Below are positions 1 to 9,261 of a stretch of 64,000 bases of DNA, in pieces. A program made the translations under genes and the position numbers. The stretch lies in NCBI RefSeq assembly GCF_003991155.1, contig NZ_CP031294.1, one strand, 5' to 3'. The DNA is from Escherichia coli. Its GTDB lineage: Bacteria; Pseudomonadota; Gammaproteobacteria; Enterobacterales; Enterobacteriaceae. Below the pieces are notes generated by a model. The model made no database searches. It worked only from the letters and a program-made list of their open reading frames with translations, and had not been told where the DNA came from. Positions within the stretch are counted from its first letter, which is position 1, and the number at the start of each line of letters is the position of its first letter.

Positions 1-1056
1 ATGAGCGAAAACGGCAATAAAAACATAGCGATCGTTGAAGCATTTTCAGAAACAGATAAAAAGACAGGCGAAGTTGTTACGTTGGTTCCTAACACTAATA
101 ACACTGTTCAGCCTGTTGCTTTGATGCGTCTGGGCCTCTTCGTTCCGACGCTGAAATCGACATCCAGAGGAAGAAAGGGGCAAATGGTCTCTATGGATGC
201 CTCTGCTGAACTCAAACAGCTGTCTCTGGCAAAAGCCGAAGGGTACGAAGACATAAGGATCTCTGGCCTTCGGCTTGATATGGATAACGACTTTAAAACG
301 TGGGTGGGAATAATCCACGCGTTTGCCAAACACAAGGTTGTTGGCGATACTGTCACGTTGCCGTTCGTTGAGTTTGTAAGGCTGTGTGGCATTCCGACCG
401 CCAGGTCATCAGCGAAGTTACGCAAACGCCTGGACAGTTCGCTAAGCCGTATTGCCACAAATACCATCTCGTTCCGTAGCAAAGGCTCTGATGAGTTTTA
501 CGTAACGCATCTTGTGCAAACGGCAAAATATAGTGTCAAGCACGATACGGTCGAACTGAAAGCAGATCCCAAGATTTTCGAACTCTACCAGTTCGACAAA
601 AAGGTTCTTCTGCAACTCCGGGCTATAAACGAACTCTCAAGAAAAGAATCCGCTCAGGCGCTTTATACTTTTATTGAAAGTTTGCCGCCTGATCCGGCAC
701 CAATATCACTAGCCCGTTTACGCGCCAGACTTAATCTGACAAGTCGCACTATTACTCAGAATGCGACGGTAAGAAAGGCTATGGAACAGCTGCGAGAGAT
801 AGGATATCTCGATTACACGGAAGTTAAGCGCGGAAACTCGGTCTACTTCGTCATCCACTATAGGCGGCCAAAGTTACGCCAGGCACAAATATCAACAAAA
901 ATCGATAATGATGAGACGGAATATAGCCTCCCAGATGAGAATCAAGATGACATTATCGACGTTGTGCCTGACGAAAAAGAAGGCAAAATGGTCATGTTGA
1001 GTAAAGAAGAACTGGCGCTTCTCGAAGAGTTGCGCAAGGCAAAGACTCGCAAATAG
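1..1056 (+). CDS. Putative plasmid-type replication initiator (RepA-like, iteron-binding)
   Basis: 351-aa ORF starting at window position 1, immediately followed by a dense array of direct and inverted short repeats (iterons). Family assignment is by context only, not by recognised motif. Confidence 0.5.
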   Translation: MSENGNKNIAIVEAFSETDKKTGEVVTLVPNTNNTVQPVALMRLGLFVPTLKSTSRGRKGQMVSMDASAELKQLSLAKAEGYEDIRISGLRLDMDNDFKTWVGIIHAFAKHKVVGDTVTLPFVEFVRLCGIPTARSSAKLRKRLDSSLSRIATNTISFRSKGSDEFYVTHLVQTAKYSVKHDTVELKADPKIFELYQFDKKVLLQLRAINELSRKESAQALYTFIESLPPDPAPISLARLRARLNLTSRTITQNATVRKAMEQLREIGYLDYTEVKRGNSVYFVIHYRRPKLRQAQISTKIDNDETEYSLPDENQDDIIDVVPDEKEGKMVMLSKEELALLEELRKAKTRK

Positions 1057-1059
1057 CCC

Positions 1060-1540
1060 AACCACTGTAGTTAGTAGTAAGGCTCACTATCCACTGTAGT
1101 GAGCCTCACTTATATCTGTAATTCGCTATCCACTATAGTGAGTATCGTTATCTGTTGATAACCACTGTAGGCAGTAGAATGCAAATACTGAATTAAATGT
1201 TAGTGATCACTAACACTGATGAAACAAGGGCTGCGAGGTTAGTGGTCACTGGGTATCTTGGAAAATTTACTGTCTATAGTGGTTGTTGTCGCCCTCATCT
1301 TTGAGCGTATCCACTGTGGCGAGTGGATATCCACTGAAAACAGCAAAGGCTTACTCACCATAGTGGATACCCGCTGGACATCTCACTCCAATACTCACCA
1401 TAGTGGTTGTTTGATGCGAATGAAAGGTTGTCTACTCGCTACAGTGGTTAGCAGATATGTAGGAAGGGTTTGTTACTGACTACAGTGGATAATGAGCTGG
1501 ATACGAATGCGGTGAGCAGACTACTCACCGCAGTGGTTGG
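1060..1540. repeat. Iteron array: about 11 copies of a ~14-19 bp motif (core CCACTGTAGTGAG / CTCACCATAGTGGAT) in both orientations
   Basis: Read directly: copies near 1061, 1087, 1127, 1161 in one orientation and 1270, 1308-1335 (dyad), 1351, 1392, 1431, 1476, 1520 in the other. Confidence 0.75.
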
Positions 1541-1545
1541 TGCTA

Positions 1546-1758
1546 TTAGTGTATTTTCTTCAACAGACCCCAAAGTGTTCCGGCTTTTGTAGTCAGTTTT
1601 CCTGTTTCTGGATCGTACATACGCCATTCACGCCGCTGGTGGACGATATACCCATCTTCACGTTCCAGACGCTCAAGAATGCCAGGCTGCTTGAAACCCT
1701 TAGCACGCCAGTAGCCGCTTGTTTTCTCGATTTCCAGACCTGCCAGTGTTAATGCCAT
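1546..1758 (-). CDS. Hypothetical protein
   Basis: 70-aa ORF abutting the downstream gene (shared coordinate 1758); no recognisable motif. Confidence 0.3.
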   Translation of the reverse strand: MALTLAGLEIEKTSGYWRAKGFKQPGILERLEREDGYIVHQRREWRMYDPETGKLTTKAGTLWGLLKKIH

Positions 1759-2093
1759 TATCCAACCTCCTTGCAGTCATCGAAAAGGTAGCTTTGCTGA
1801 GAAGCGTGAACGCCATAGAAGCCCTTGTATTTGTTGTATACGAAGTGGTCTTCTCCGACGCCGGTTAATTTGCCATTACGATTTGTGAGATATGGGGATG
1901 ACAACACTCGATCGTCACGCACAACATAGAACTGGTCGCCGCTGTCTACGACCATCGCTCCATATGGTGCTTTTATGACGTCGGTAAGAGCGCCATTCTT
2001 AACGTCGGCTACAGACATTTCACACTGATAAACAGTGGTGTCGGCTACAACGATCGAAGAAAGGAACAACAGCGCGAATGGGATGGCCTTCAT
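1758..2093 (-). CDS. Hypothetical secreted protein
   Basis: N-terminal signal-peptide-like stretch MKAIPFALLFLSSIVVA. Confidence 0.45.
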   Translation of the reverse strand: MKAIPFALLFLSSIVVADTTVYQCEMSVADVKNGALTDVIKAPYGAMVVDSGDQFYVVRDDRVLSSPYLTNRNGKLTGVGEDHFVYNKYKGFYGVHASQQSYLFDDCKEVG

Positions 2094-2308
2094 GCTGCCA
2101 CCTCTTTGATTACATCAAATGCTGAATTAAATACGAGCACGATAGCCAAAGCGTTTATGACTACGTCGTGCACCGGGGAAAAGACTTTACGAATGACACC
2201 AGTGAAAATGCAGTCGATGACAAAAGCTATTGAAACGATGAGTAACAAGTATTCAATAAAAATCTTCATGATAGGTAGATACTAACTTATATAAATTTTA
2301 CTGTAAAC

Positions 2309-2584
2309 TCACTCAAAAGTGCTGATGCTTAAAATACGCTCAAGATGTTCGGCATCTTCATCACTGATTTGTTGAGTCTCTTCTACGTACCAACAGTTGC
2401 CGTTATGCCAACAAACACCATCATCATCAACCATCACTGAATCAGCGTCATGACCTGTATATTCAACGAGAATACGCTGGATCAGCGCGTCAGTTTCTTC
2501 GTCGTTAAGGCCATCGGCTTTGACCATAAAAAGCGGAAACACGTCATAGACAGTGCTGGTAACGATTCGAACTAAAACTCTCAT
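2309..2584 (-). CDS. Hypothetical protein
   Basis: 91-aa acidic ORF in the minus-strand gene run. Confidence 0.35.
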   Translation of the reverse strand: MRVLVRIVTSTVYDVFPLFMVKADGLNDEETDALIQRILVEYTGHDADSVMVDDDGVCWHNGNCWYVEETQQISDEDAEHLERILSISTFE

Positions 2585-2639
2585 GTGTTTTTCCTTTTGT
2601 GGTTAGTGTTTACTTATTTTGTTAGTTATGAATAGGCGA

Positions 2640-3065
2640 TCAATCTTCTTGTTTAGGGAAAAACTGTTCAATAACTCTGTCAACGGCTGTGTCTATATGG
2701 AGTAGATGCCACACAACCATATCTTTGCTTCCCATGCCTTGTGTGAATATCACGTCATACTTACGCCATGCGCAGTGGAACCAATATGCTGAGTCATCAA
2801 TTGGTAAATCCTCTCCCGCCTCTTTGAAGTATTTCAGCAGCATTGCCTGCTCTGCCGTTGGCGTTGGACCTATTTCCTGAGCGTACATACGGATGAATCG
2901 CTGCCAGTCTGTCTCGTCGGGGGTTGGATCTGGTGGGGTCATTTCTGCGATAGCGTTTCGTAGCTGATGCGCCCAATCAGGTTCAGGAAAGCCTTTTGCT
3001 ACTTCATCATCAATAACATCCAGAGCCACGTTTGCGGCATCGTAGAGTTTCTTAATAACTGTCAT
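2640..3065 (-). CDS. Hypothetical protein
   Basis: 141-aa ORF preceded by an AAGGA-type RBS and the conserved palindromic upstream motif at 3077-3100. Confidence 0.45.
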   Translation of the reverse strand: MTVIKKLYDAANVALDVIDDEVAKGFPEPDWAHQLRNAIAEMTPPDPTPDETDWQRFIRMYAQEIGPTPTAEQAMLLKYFKEAGEDLPIDDSAYWFHCAWRKYDVIFTQGMGSKDMVVWHLLHIDTAVDRVIEQFFPKQED

Positions 3066-3110
3066 GTTTTCTTATCCTTTTAAACAAATTGTTTTCTTAA
3101 TAAGATAATT

Positions 3111-3140
3111 GCGATAAAAAAGGCGTCCAACTGGACGCCT
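3111..3140 (-). terminator. Rho-independent terminator (minus strand)
   Basis: Hairpin AGGCGTCC-AACT-GGACGCCT followed on the minus strand by a T-run (plus-strand AAAAA at 3116-3120). Confidence 0.5.
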
Positions 3141-3156
3141 GAACTTTTTAGGGGAG

Positions 3157-3987
3157 TTATTTCACTGTAATGAAAGGAGTGTTAGCCCCTTGAGTCATGT
3201 ACTGCGGTAACTGGCCATTCCATTTATTGATGGCTTCCAGTTCCATAACGTTCGGGTTTTGACGCAGAGCTTCACCGCGCAGACGAATGGCGTCCGCTTC
3301 TGCTTGCGCACGAGCACGGATAGCATCAGCTTCACCATTAGCCTGTTCACGTAGCATATTCGCCTCAGCTTTACGTTGTTCAACTTCCTGCTGACGTTGC
3401 AGAGTACGCTGGTTAGCCGTTACTTTGGCGTTAATAGATTCAATGACAGTTTTTGGGTAATCAGGCTTTCCAACCCATGACAGGCTCAGTACCTCAATAC
3501 CAACCGGAGACATCTCTTTCTGAATATCTTTCAGTGCGTTGTCCAGCAATTGTGCCTTACCACCGTCGATAAATGAGTCAGTGGTCATACGGCTGGCCAA
3601 ACGGTTTAGAGAGTCGGCAATTTTCTGACGCAGATCTGATTCGGTGATATCGTCTACGCCTTTGCGATAGGTCTGGAACACCGTCGTTACCTTGTCACGA
3701 TTAACCAGATACGCAACGCCAATTTTGTGACCAATAGCAGTACCGTCACTCATCTGGAATGTGAACGGCTCGTCGTAGGTCTTCATTTGTTTGAAGGTCG
3801 GGAATACGTAAAGTTCGGTGTTAAGACCTGTCCATTGGCGACCAACGCCAACCACTTCACCAATCCCTTTGTCTTCACCTAATTTGTTTACTTTGATGCC
3901 AACGTATCCAGGCTCCACGCGATCGCAGCCAGTAAGACCCATTGTGCAAATAGCCGCCAGAGCAACTGCAAGTAAACCTTTCTTCAT
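3157..3987 (-). CDS. SPFH/band-7 (HflK/YqiK-like) lipoprotein
   Basis: Signal peptide with lipobox LTGC; C-terminal Ala/Glu/Arg/Gln-rich coiled region typical of the SPFH family. Confidence 0.55.
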   Translation of the reverse strand: MKKGLLAVALAAICTMGLTGCDRVEPGYVGIKVNKLGEDKGIGEVVGVGRQWTGLNTELYVFPTFKQMKTYDEPFTFQMSDGTAIGHKIGVAYLVNRDKVTTVFQTYRKGVDDITESDLRQKIADSLNRLASRMTTDSFIDGGKAQLLDNALKDIQKEMSPVGIEVLSLSWVGKPDYPKTVIESINAKVTANQRTLQRQQEVEQRKAEANMLREQANGEADAIRARAQAEADAIRLRGEALRQNPNVMELEAINKWNGQLPQYMTQGANTPFITVK

Positions 3988-3990
3988 TAC

Positions 3991-4191
3991 TTATTTCCCC
4001 TTTGCTTTGATTAATGAGTTGATAAACTTACGACCAGCAATAAGACCGATTACAGGAGCACCAAAACCAACGATAACTCCAAACATGACGGCTAAATCAC
4101 TCTTGGTAGAAATCAGCGACGGAACCAGTAAACCGTAGATGAGAGCCACTGAAAGGCCTGTGGCTACTGCCAATAGATAGATTTTGATCAT
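3991..4191 (-). CDS. Small integral membrane protein (possible NfeD-like partner of the SPFH protein)
   Basis: 66 aa with two hydrophobic helices; stop lies 4 nt before the SPFH start. Confidence 0.4.
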   Translation of the reverse strand: MIKIYLLAVATGLSVALIYGLLVPSLISTKSDLAVMFGVIVGFGAPVIGLIAGRKFINSLIKAKGK

Positions 4192-4251
4192 GTGTTTTCC
4201 TATGTGGTTGTTATGCGAAAATAATAAGTAAGTGCTTATATATTTTCAAGA

Positions 4252-4279
4252 GATAAAAAAGGCGTCCTGTGGACGCCTT
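4252..4279 (-). terminator. Rho-independent terminator (minus strand)
   Basis: Hairpin GGCGTCC-TGT-GGACGCC with a T-run on the minus strand (plus-strand AAAAAA at 4255-4260). Confidence 0.5.
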
Positions 4280-4283
4280 GTGT

Positions 4284-5357
4284 TTACTCTTCTACTGACT
4301 CGGTGGGGTTGTCTTTTGCTCTTCGGTCGTCGATTGCCTGCAAAGCCGCAATGATTTCAGCCAGTGGCTTCTCCCGATACATCTCGACGATCTGCGATTT
4401 GGTGTATTTCTTGTCACCAATTTCAACTCGCCCGCTGGCGTTCTTTGGCAGGTATCCTTCTTCCAGCATGTACTCGACGAGCGATTCGATAACGTCGAGG
4501 CCACGAGTAGGATCGAAGTAGAATTTCCAGGTGCATTTGCCATACGGTGGTGCAACTTTGTTTTTGATGCATTCTGCGCCTACGTCCTGGCCGATCTTCT
4601 CTTTACCATCCTTCATCACCGATGCACCAAGACGGATACGTACAGAAGCGTAGAACTTCGGTGAATCTCCACCTGGCGACGTAGTAGGGTCGCCAAACAT
4701 TACACCGATTTTTGTGCGAACCTGATTCAAGAAGATGATGCAGGCGTTGTATTTGCGTGCCCACAAAGCCAGAGTAGGGAAGTTCGCACTCGTCGCACGA
4801 GCCAGTGCCGTATTGTCGTTCATGTTTAGCTGATCTTTGTCTTTGGCAGTGCCTTCAGCCATCTTTTCGAACTTCTCGGCTTTGGAGTTCGGAACCATAG
4901 ACGCAAGAGAGTCAGCCACGATACAGATTGGTGCTGATTCGGGGATAAGCTCTTCATCACGAACCAATTTAAGTATTGTGCCGATCAACTCTACAGAGTC
5001 TTCGAAGGTATCTGGCTGCTTGTATACCCACTGACCGTCATCCTCATCTGCGTTCAGGCCATTGGCGACAGCCAGGCCAACGTCAAAACTGTTTTCATGA
5101 TCGAGGAATACCGCCAGACCATCTTGTTTTTGAGCGGAGATCATCGCTGCTGTTGCAAGGAACGTTTTCCCTGCACTTGGAGGACCGAATACTTCGACGA
5201 TACGACCACAAGGGAAGCCGCCATCGTAACGACCAGAAATAGCTTTGTTTAACGGTGGAAAGCCTGTATCAATCCAATGAGTTACTTTCTGAATTTCGTC
5301 GTTGCTACCGATTTTCTTTTTCAGAGCAAGTGCCAGTGCGGATTTTCCTTTTGCCAT
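4284..5357 (-). CDS. RecA-family recombinase (RecA/UvsX-like)
   Basis: Walker A GPPSAGKT, Walker B-like ICIVADS, RecA-like core of 357 aa. Confidence 0.65.
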   Translation of the reverse strand: MAKGKSALALALKKKIGSNDEIQKVTHWIDTGFPPLNKAISGRYDGGFPCGRIVEVFGPPSAGKTFLATAAMISAQKQDGLAVFLDHENSFDVGLAVANGLNADEDDGQWVYKQPDTFEDSVELIGTILKLVRDEELIPESAPICIVADSLASMVPNSKAEKFEKMAEGTAKDKDQLNMNDNTALARATSANFPTLALWARKYNACIIFLNQVRTKIGVMFGDPTTSPGGDSPKFYASVRIRLGASVMKDGKEKIGQDVGAECIKNKVAPPYGKCTWKFYFDPTRGLDVIESLVEYMLEEGYLPKNASGRVEIGDKKYTKSQIVEMYREKPLAEIIAALQAIDDRRAKDNPTESVEE

Positions 5358-5359
5358 GA

Positions 5360-5632
5360 TCAGGCTCCTTTTGTTTCGTTGATTCGTTTTAAAGCGGCGG
5401 ATTCATCGAATACAATCGCATCGTGGTTAAGGAGTCTGGATACACGAGCGAGGATTTTTACGACCTGCTCGCTGACTAATCCAAACTCGCGATCTGTCGC
5501 TTTCATTCCGGCAGCGCCTAGAATTGACGGCAGTGCGATGACAGCGTACTCACCGTGATAAAAGACAATCTCTTTTGCCAGTTGGGCAGGGGTGGTTGTA
5601 GCGCCATTGATAATCGATTTAAGCATTAGCAA
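5360..5632 (-). CDS. Hypothetical protein
   Basis: 90-aa ORF tightly packed between the recombinase and flap endonuclease genes. Confidence 0.35.
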   Translation of the reverse strand: MLMLKSIINGATTTPAQLAKEIVFYHGEYAVIALPSILGAAGMKATDREFGLVSEQVVKILARVSRLLNHDAIVFDESAALKRINETKGA

Positions 5633-6621
5633 TACCTTTCGAATGGAAGAACAAACACTTCAAGGTCTTCAAGGAACGAACGGAAATTCAGCTCGTAGCA
5701 CAGTTGCTCGAATGCTTTCACGTCACGATTGCCTTTGATTGTTTCGATTTCGGTAGGCGGAAACTTCGTCTCAATCAGGTTCATTAGCGTGATGTTTCTC
5801 TTGAACGCTTCGAGCATTCGACAGCCTGTTTTCTCGTTGAAGGCATTCTTCGCTAGTTTGTTGAAGGCGGTCTTATGACGCCCTTTATTAACCACGATTG
5901 AGCCGTCGTTGATGCCGCGTACCATCGTTGCGACACTTCCCCATTCATGCAGCAGCTCTTTCGCACCGCCAGCACCAATGCCACCAACACCGCTAATGTT
6001 GTCCGAGTTATCGCCTTGTAATGCTTTTGCTTCCAAAAATGCGCGAGGCGTGGCGAATCCTGTCAGCTCCGCAAATTGCTCAAAATTAACCTGCTTGTTT
6101 TTGGCGTCTTCACGCAGGCTTACCCAGCTTACGTTTTCACGAACTAACTGAAGCCAGTCGCTATCGCCTGTTAACAGATAGATGTGTTCAACGGTTGGCT
6201 GCGGTGCCATGCGGGATACCAGCAGCCCGGCCAGATCATCCGCTTCTGCATCTTTTGCAATGAGTTGGGTAACTCCAAGCGCGGTCATCATTTTGAGGAT
6301 GTATGGCTTCTGGATAGCAAAGCCTTCCTTCATCTTTTTCATATCAGGATCGTCGTCGCGATTTGCTTTGTAGTCCGGGTAAAAGTCGCGACGCTTGTCA
6401 CTAAATCCATCCCAAAGAATCATAGGTCGGGCATGGAGGATGGAGGCATAACGACGGACGTTCTTAACAAAGCCGAAAGCAGCCTGTACTTCCATTTCGC
6501 CGTTGTGCAATTTGTCAGATTGTTGGTGGTAATAACCCAGGCTATTGCCATCTACGAAGAGATAATTCACCGGTACATTCCTTCCAAAAAGTAAGGCGTC
6601 CGTAGACGCCTTACTGGTCAC
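5626..6621 (-). CDS. Flap endonuclease / 5'-3' exonuclease (RNase H-like, FEN family)
   Basis: Acidic catalytic clusters (AKDAEADD, TGDSDWLQL) and an H3TH-like glycine-rich segment (NISGVGGIGAGGAKELL). Confidence 0.7.
   Translation of the reverse strand: MTSKASTDALLFGRNVPVNYLFVDGNSLGYYHQQSDKLHNGEMEVQAAFGFVKNVRRYASILHARPMILWDGFSDKRRDFYPDYKANRDDDPDMKKMKEGFAIQKPYILKMMTALGVTQLIAKDAEADDLAGLLVSRMAPQPTVEHIYLLTGDSDWLQLVRENVSWVSLREDAKNKQVNFEQFAELTGFATPRAFLEAKALQGDNSDNISGVGGIGAGGAKELLHEWGSVATMVRGINDGSIVVNKGRHKTAFNKLAKNAFNEKTGCRMLEAFKRNITLMNLIETKFPPTEIETIKGNRDVKAFEQLCYELNFRSFLEDLEVFVLPFERYC
6584..6612 (-). terminator. Rho-independent terminator (minus strand)
   Basis: Hairpin AAGGCGTC-CGTA-GACGCCTT with a minus-strand T-run (plus-strand CCAAAAAG). 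Confidence 0.5.
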
Positions 6622-6630
6622 GTAATGGGA

Positions 6631-7659
6631 TTACAGAGAGTCCAGCTCTCTCAGTAGGTCATCCAGACCTTCATCTTCCGTCGCAGATGCGGTTGCTACA
6701 GATGTCGCTGCGACTGCTTCAGACTCTTTGACTGATACGGCAACGGCAGCGGAACTTGCCTCTGGTTTAAATTCAGTTTCAACGGCACGGAGGATTTCTT
6801 CATCAACCAGACTGGTTGGTTCAGAAGCCGGTGTGTGCGCGGTTGCTACAGCCGTCGCTCCTTCTGTATGACCAGTGACAGAGCCAAATCCAGGCAGTGC
6901 CGCGGTCGATGTTTTCGCGGTAGAGGAAATTGCTGGTGCAGATGCAGAGGCAGTTGGTGCTGCGATGCCAATCAGACGACCCATAGTGCGAACTGTCGAG
7001 AGAAGACGAGTTTCATCAGCCTGATTTGCGTATGCGATCAGGTCATGCTGGGTATTCCAGAATTTATCTTCGATATCGCCTTTGTAGACTTTACGCTTAG
7101 GCGAGACGTCATATTTGGTATCGCGACCAGAGCCAGTACGTTTAATCAGGAATGCGTAGCCTTCCTCTTTGCTCAGTGGATTGCCGATATCATCAGCGAT
7201 GTCTTCGGTGATTGCTTTGCAGATATCATCGAATACAGTAGACGGCAGCTCGATTAACTGGCATTTCTCAGCATCTGCGAAATCCTCACGAGCAGAAAGA
7301 ATGCCGTTGACCAGGTAGCGAGGCGTGGCACGCATTTGACCGATGCGTTCTTCCATTGCTTTGTTACCCTTGTGACGAGCGCGACCTTCCATCACCATTT
7401 CGCATAGCTGACAAGCGCGACCGTGAGTATGTTGCTCACAAATATAAGCGTTGGTTGCTTCTTTACCTTCCTCGTTCTGATACTTAACGTAGTGCATACC
7501 GAAAGTCTGGAAGAACTTACCGTTTGGGTCGTCTTTATTCGGGAAGATGCGGATATAGTTGACGCCGTCTTTTAAGCGAGTCAGATCAACGTTGTTACCA
7601 CGTTTGGCGGCAATGTCTTCACGAGTTTTGTTAAGCAAATCAAGTAATGTCTTAGACAT
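6631..7659 (-). CDS. Putative ssDNA-binding protein (gp32-like)
   Basis: Cys/His cluster CEQHTHGRACQLC resembling a zinc-binding subdomain, Ala/Ser/Thr-rich linker and acidic C-terminal tail (EDEGLDDLLRELDSL); sits between nuclease and polymerase genes. Confidence 0.4.
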   Translation of the reverse strand: MSKTLLDLLNKTREDIAAKRGNNVDLTRLKDGVNYIRIFPNKDDPNGKFFQTFGMHYVKYQNEEGKEATNAYICEQHTHGRACQLCEMVMEGRARHKGNKAMEERIGQMRATPRYLVNGILSAREDFADAEKCQLIELPSTVFDDICKAITEDIADDIGNPLSKEEGYAFLIKRTGSGRDTKYDVSPKRKVYKGDIEDKFWNTQHDLIAYANQADETRLLSTVRTMGRLIGIAAPTASASAPAISSTAKTSTAALPGFGSVTGHTEGATAVATAHTPASEPTSLVDEEILRAVETEFKPEASSAAVAVSVKESEAVAATSVATASATEDEGLDDLLRELDSL

Positions 7660-7776
7660 GTGTTTCTCCTTGTTGTGATTTGGCCGATGGCGCTATGCGC
7701 GTTGGGCTTTCGTTCATTCGTGGCTCTTTCGAGCTGTTAAATGATAGATCAGTACTTACTTATTATCTATCAAAAA

Positions 7777-8208
7777 TCAACGGGGAGTAATAAAGCGTTC
7801 AGAGCCTAATCGCTCTAATTCAACGATGGCCATCTTTGACGCCTGAACGATCATGTCTCGGCGATGCGAAAAGGCGGCGACAGCATGTTTGTATATGTCT
7901 GCGATGTGCCGTGCTTCATCCAACTTCTGCCGTTTAGACAGATACTGTGGGTTTGTTTTAACCTTAGCGTCCAGTACAGATTCGTTGAACTTAATGCCAT
8001 TCATACTCAAGTTCTTACGCTCTGTGTCGTATAGCTTTGCTTCAACAGCTTCAAGGTTAAGTTTTGCTTCTGCGACACTTCTTTCTGCATGGGCGAGTTT
8101 TGAGCCATATTCCATCAACAGGCGGGGTTGTCTACGCCAGACTTCTTCCAGATTGTCTCGGTCAAACTCGAGATCGGACATGATTTTTTCGTATATATTG
8201 GTGCTCAT
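7777..8208 (-). CDS. Hypothetical protein (predicted coiled coil)
   Basis: 143-aa ORF with no recognisable catalytic motif. Confidence 0.4.
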   Translation of the reverse strand: MSTNIYEKIMSDLEFDRDNLEEVWRRQPRLLMEYGSKLAHAERSVAEAKLNLEAVEAKLYDTERKNLSMNGIKFNESVLDAKVKTNPQYLSKRQKLDEARHIADIYKHAVAAFSHRRDMIVQASKMAIVELERLGSERFITPR

Positions 8209-8452
8209 TTTGATAGATTCTCACTTATCATGATGTATTGATTATAGAGCTTAAATTAACGCTAATCCAAGATAGACCGTTATGCTATCTGCTCGAACAA
8301 CCATTTCTTAGGGCTTGTTAATTGCAGGAGTTTCTCCTATTGTGTTCGTGGATTTAATCGAAAGAAATATGGGTTTTGAAAAGGATAGAATCTTCATGTT
8401 TCCGCACAGCATTTATCATTAATTATTCAAATTAAAAGGAAATATTATCCTC

Positions 8453-9043
8453 ATGTTTGATATTTATAATTTATTAAAGCAAATAGCAGAGAACACGAAA
8501 CCTGACCATTCTGCTATTTGGATTGCTGTAATATCTTCAATATCAGCTATTGCAGGCGCTGCTATTGGTGCATATTTGTTATATCGAGGCACAAACGAAC
8601 AAATTAATTCTGCTGCTGCTATTGAAGATAAAAAATTAAAAGCAACTATAATTACCGCAGAAAGACTTCGTTGGCTTCAAGAGCTAAGGTCAAGAAGTAG
8701 TGAGTTTTATGCGAATCTCGATATGAATTACAACTTATTAAAACGACCGATAAATCCGCAGGCAATCCCGACATATCAACAAGCTGGGGACGAACTGGCG
8801 AAAATTGTAATGATTCAATGCAATCAGATAATTGTATTGCTTAATCCTAAAAAAACTCATCAGCAAACTATTTTTAATAAATGTAATGATGCACTTAAAT
8901 TTTTCATGGAATGCGTCGAAGAAAAAAATAATGGTAATCTGAACTTTGATGATTCCAAGTATGCGGAAATAAAAAACGATTACTTTAATGCTTTAACTGA
9001 AATAGGTATTGAAACTTGGAAGCAGATAAAAGAGTTAAGTTGA
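8453..9043 (+). CDS. AT-rich accessory gene: membrane-anchored protein of unknown function
   Basis: Plus-strand ORF inside a minus-strand block; visibly lower GC than flanks; hydrophobic helix at residues ~20-45; own downstream terminator. Confidence 0.5.
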   Translation: MFDIYNLLKQIAENTKPDHSAIWIAVISSISAIAGAAIGAYLLYRGTNEQINSAAAIEDKKLKATIITAERLRWLQELRSRSSEFYANLDMNYNLLKRPINPQAIPTYQQAGDELAKIVMIQCNQIIVLLNPKKTHQQTIFNKCNDALKFFMECVEEKNNGNLNFDDSKYAEIKNDYFNALTEIGIETWKQIKELS

Positions 9044-9104
9044 TGTCTTATTGGCGGAAGATAATTAATAACTATCACTACACGGAATCTGCAATTAATA
9101 AATG

Positions 9105-9133
9105 AAACCCGCGATTGGCGGGTTTTTTATTTA
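9105..9133 (+). terminator. Rho-independent terminator (plus strand)
   Basis: AAACCCGC-GATTG-GCGGGTTT hairpin followed by TTTTATTTAT. Confidence 0.6.
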
Positions 9134-9261
9134 TGCGACTTTCTTACCCAAGATGTTGGATAGAGTGACTCTGGTCTGGCGTTTCAGCCTGTACTATCTC
9201 ACATCGCCAATCTTGTTTACTTTCATAAACTCTTTGGCCTCCTTTATGGTGTTTTCTTTAT

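Noticed and set aside
1-1056. RepA-like ORF being truncated at the window edge
   Set aside because: The ORF begins with ATG at position 1 and the N-terminus looks plausible, but upstream sequence is not visible, so a longer protein or upstream origin iterons cannot be excluded. Flagged as uncertain rather than rejected.
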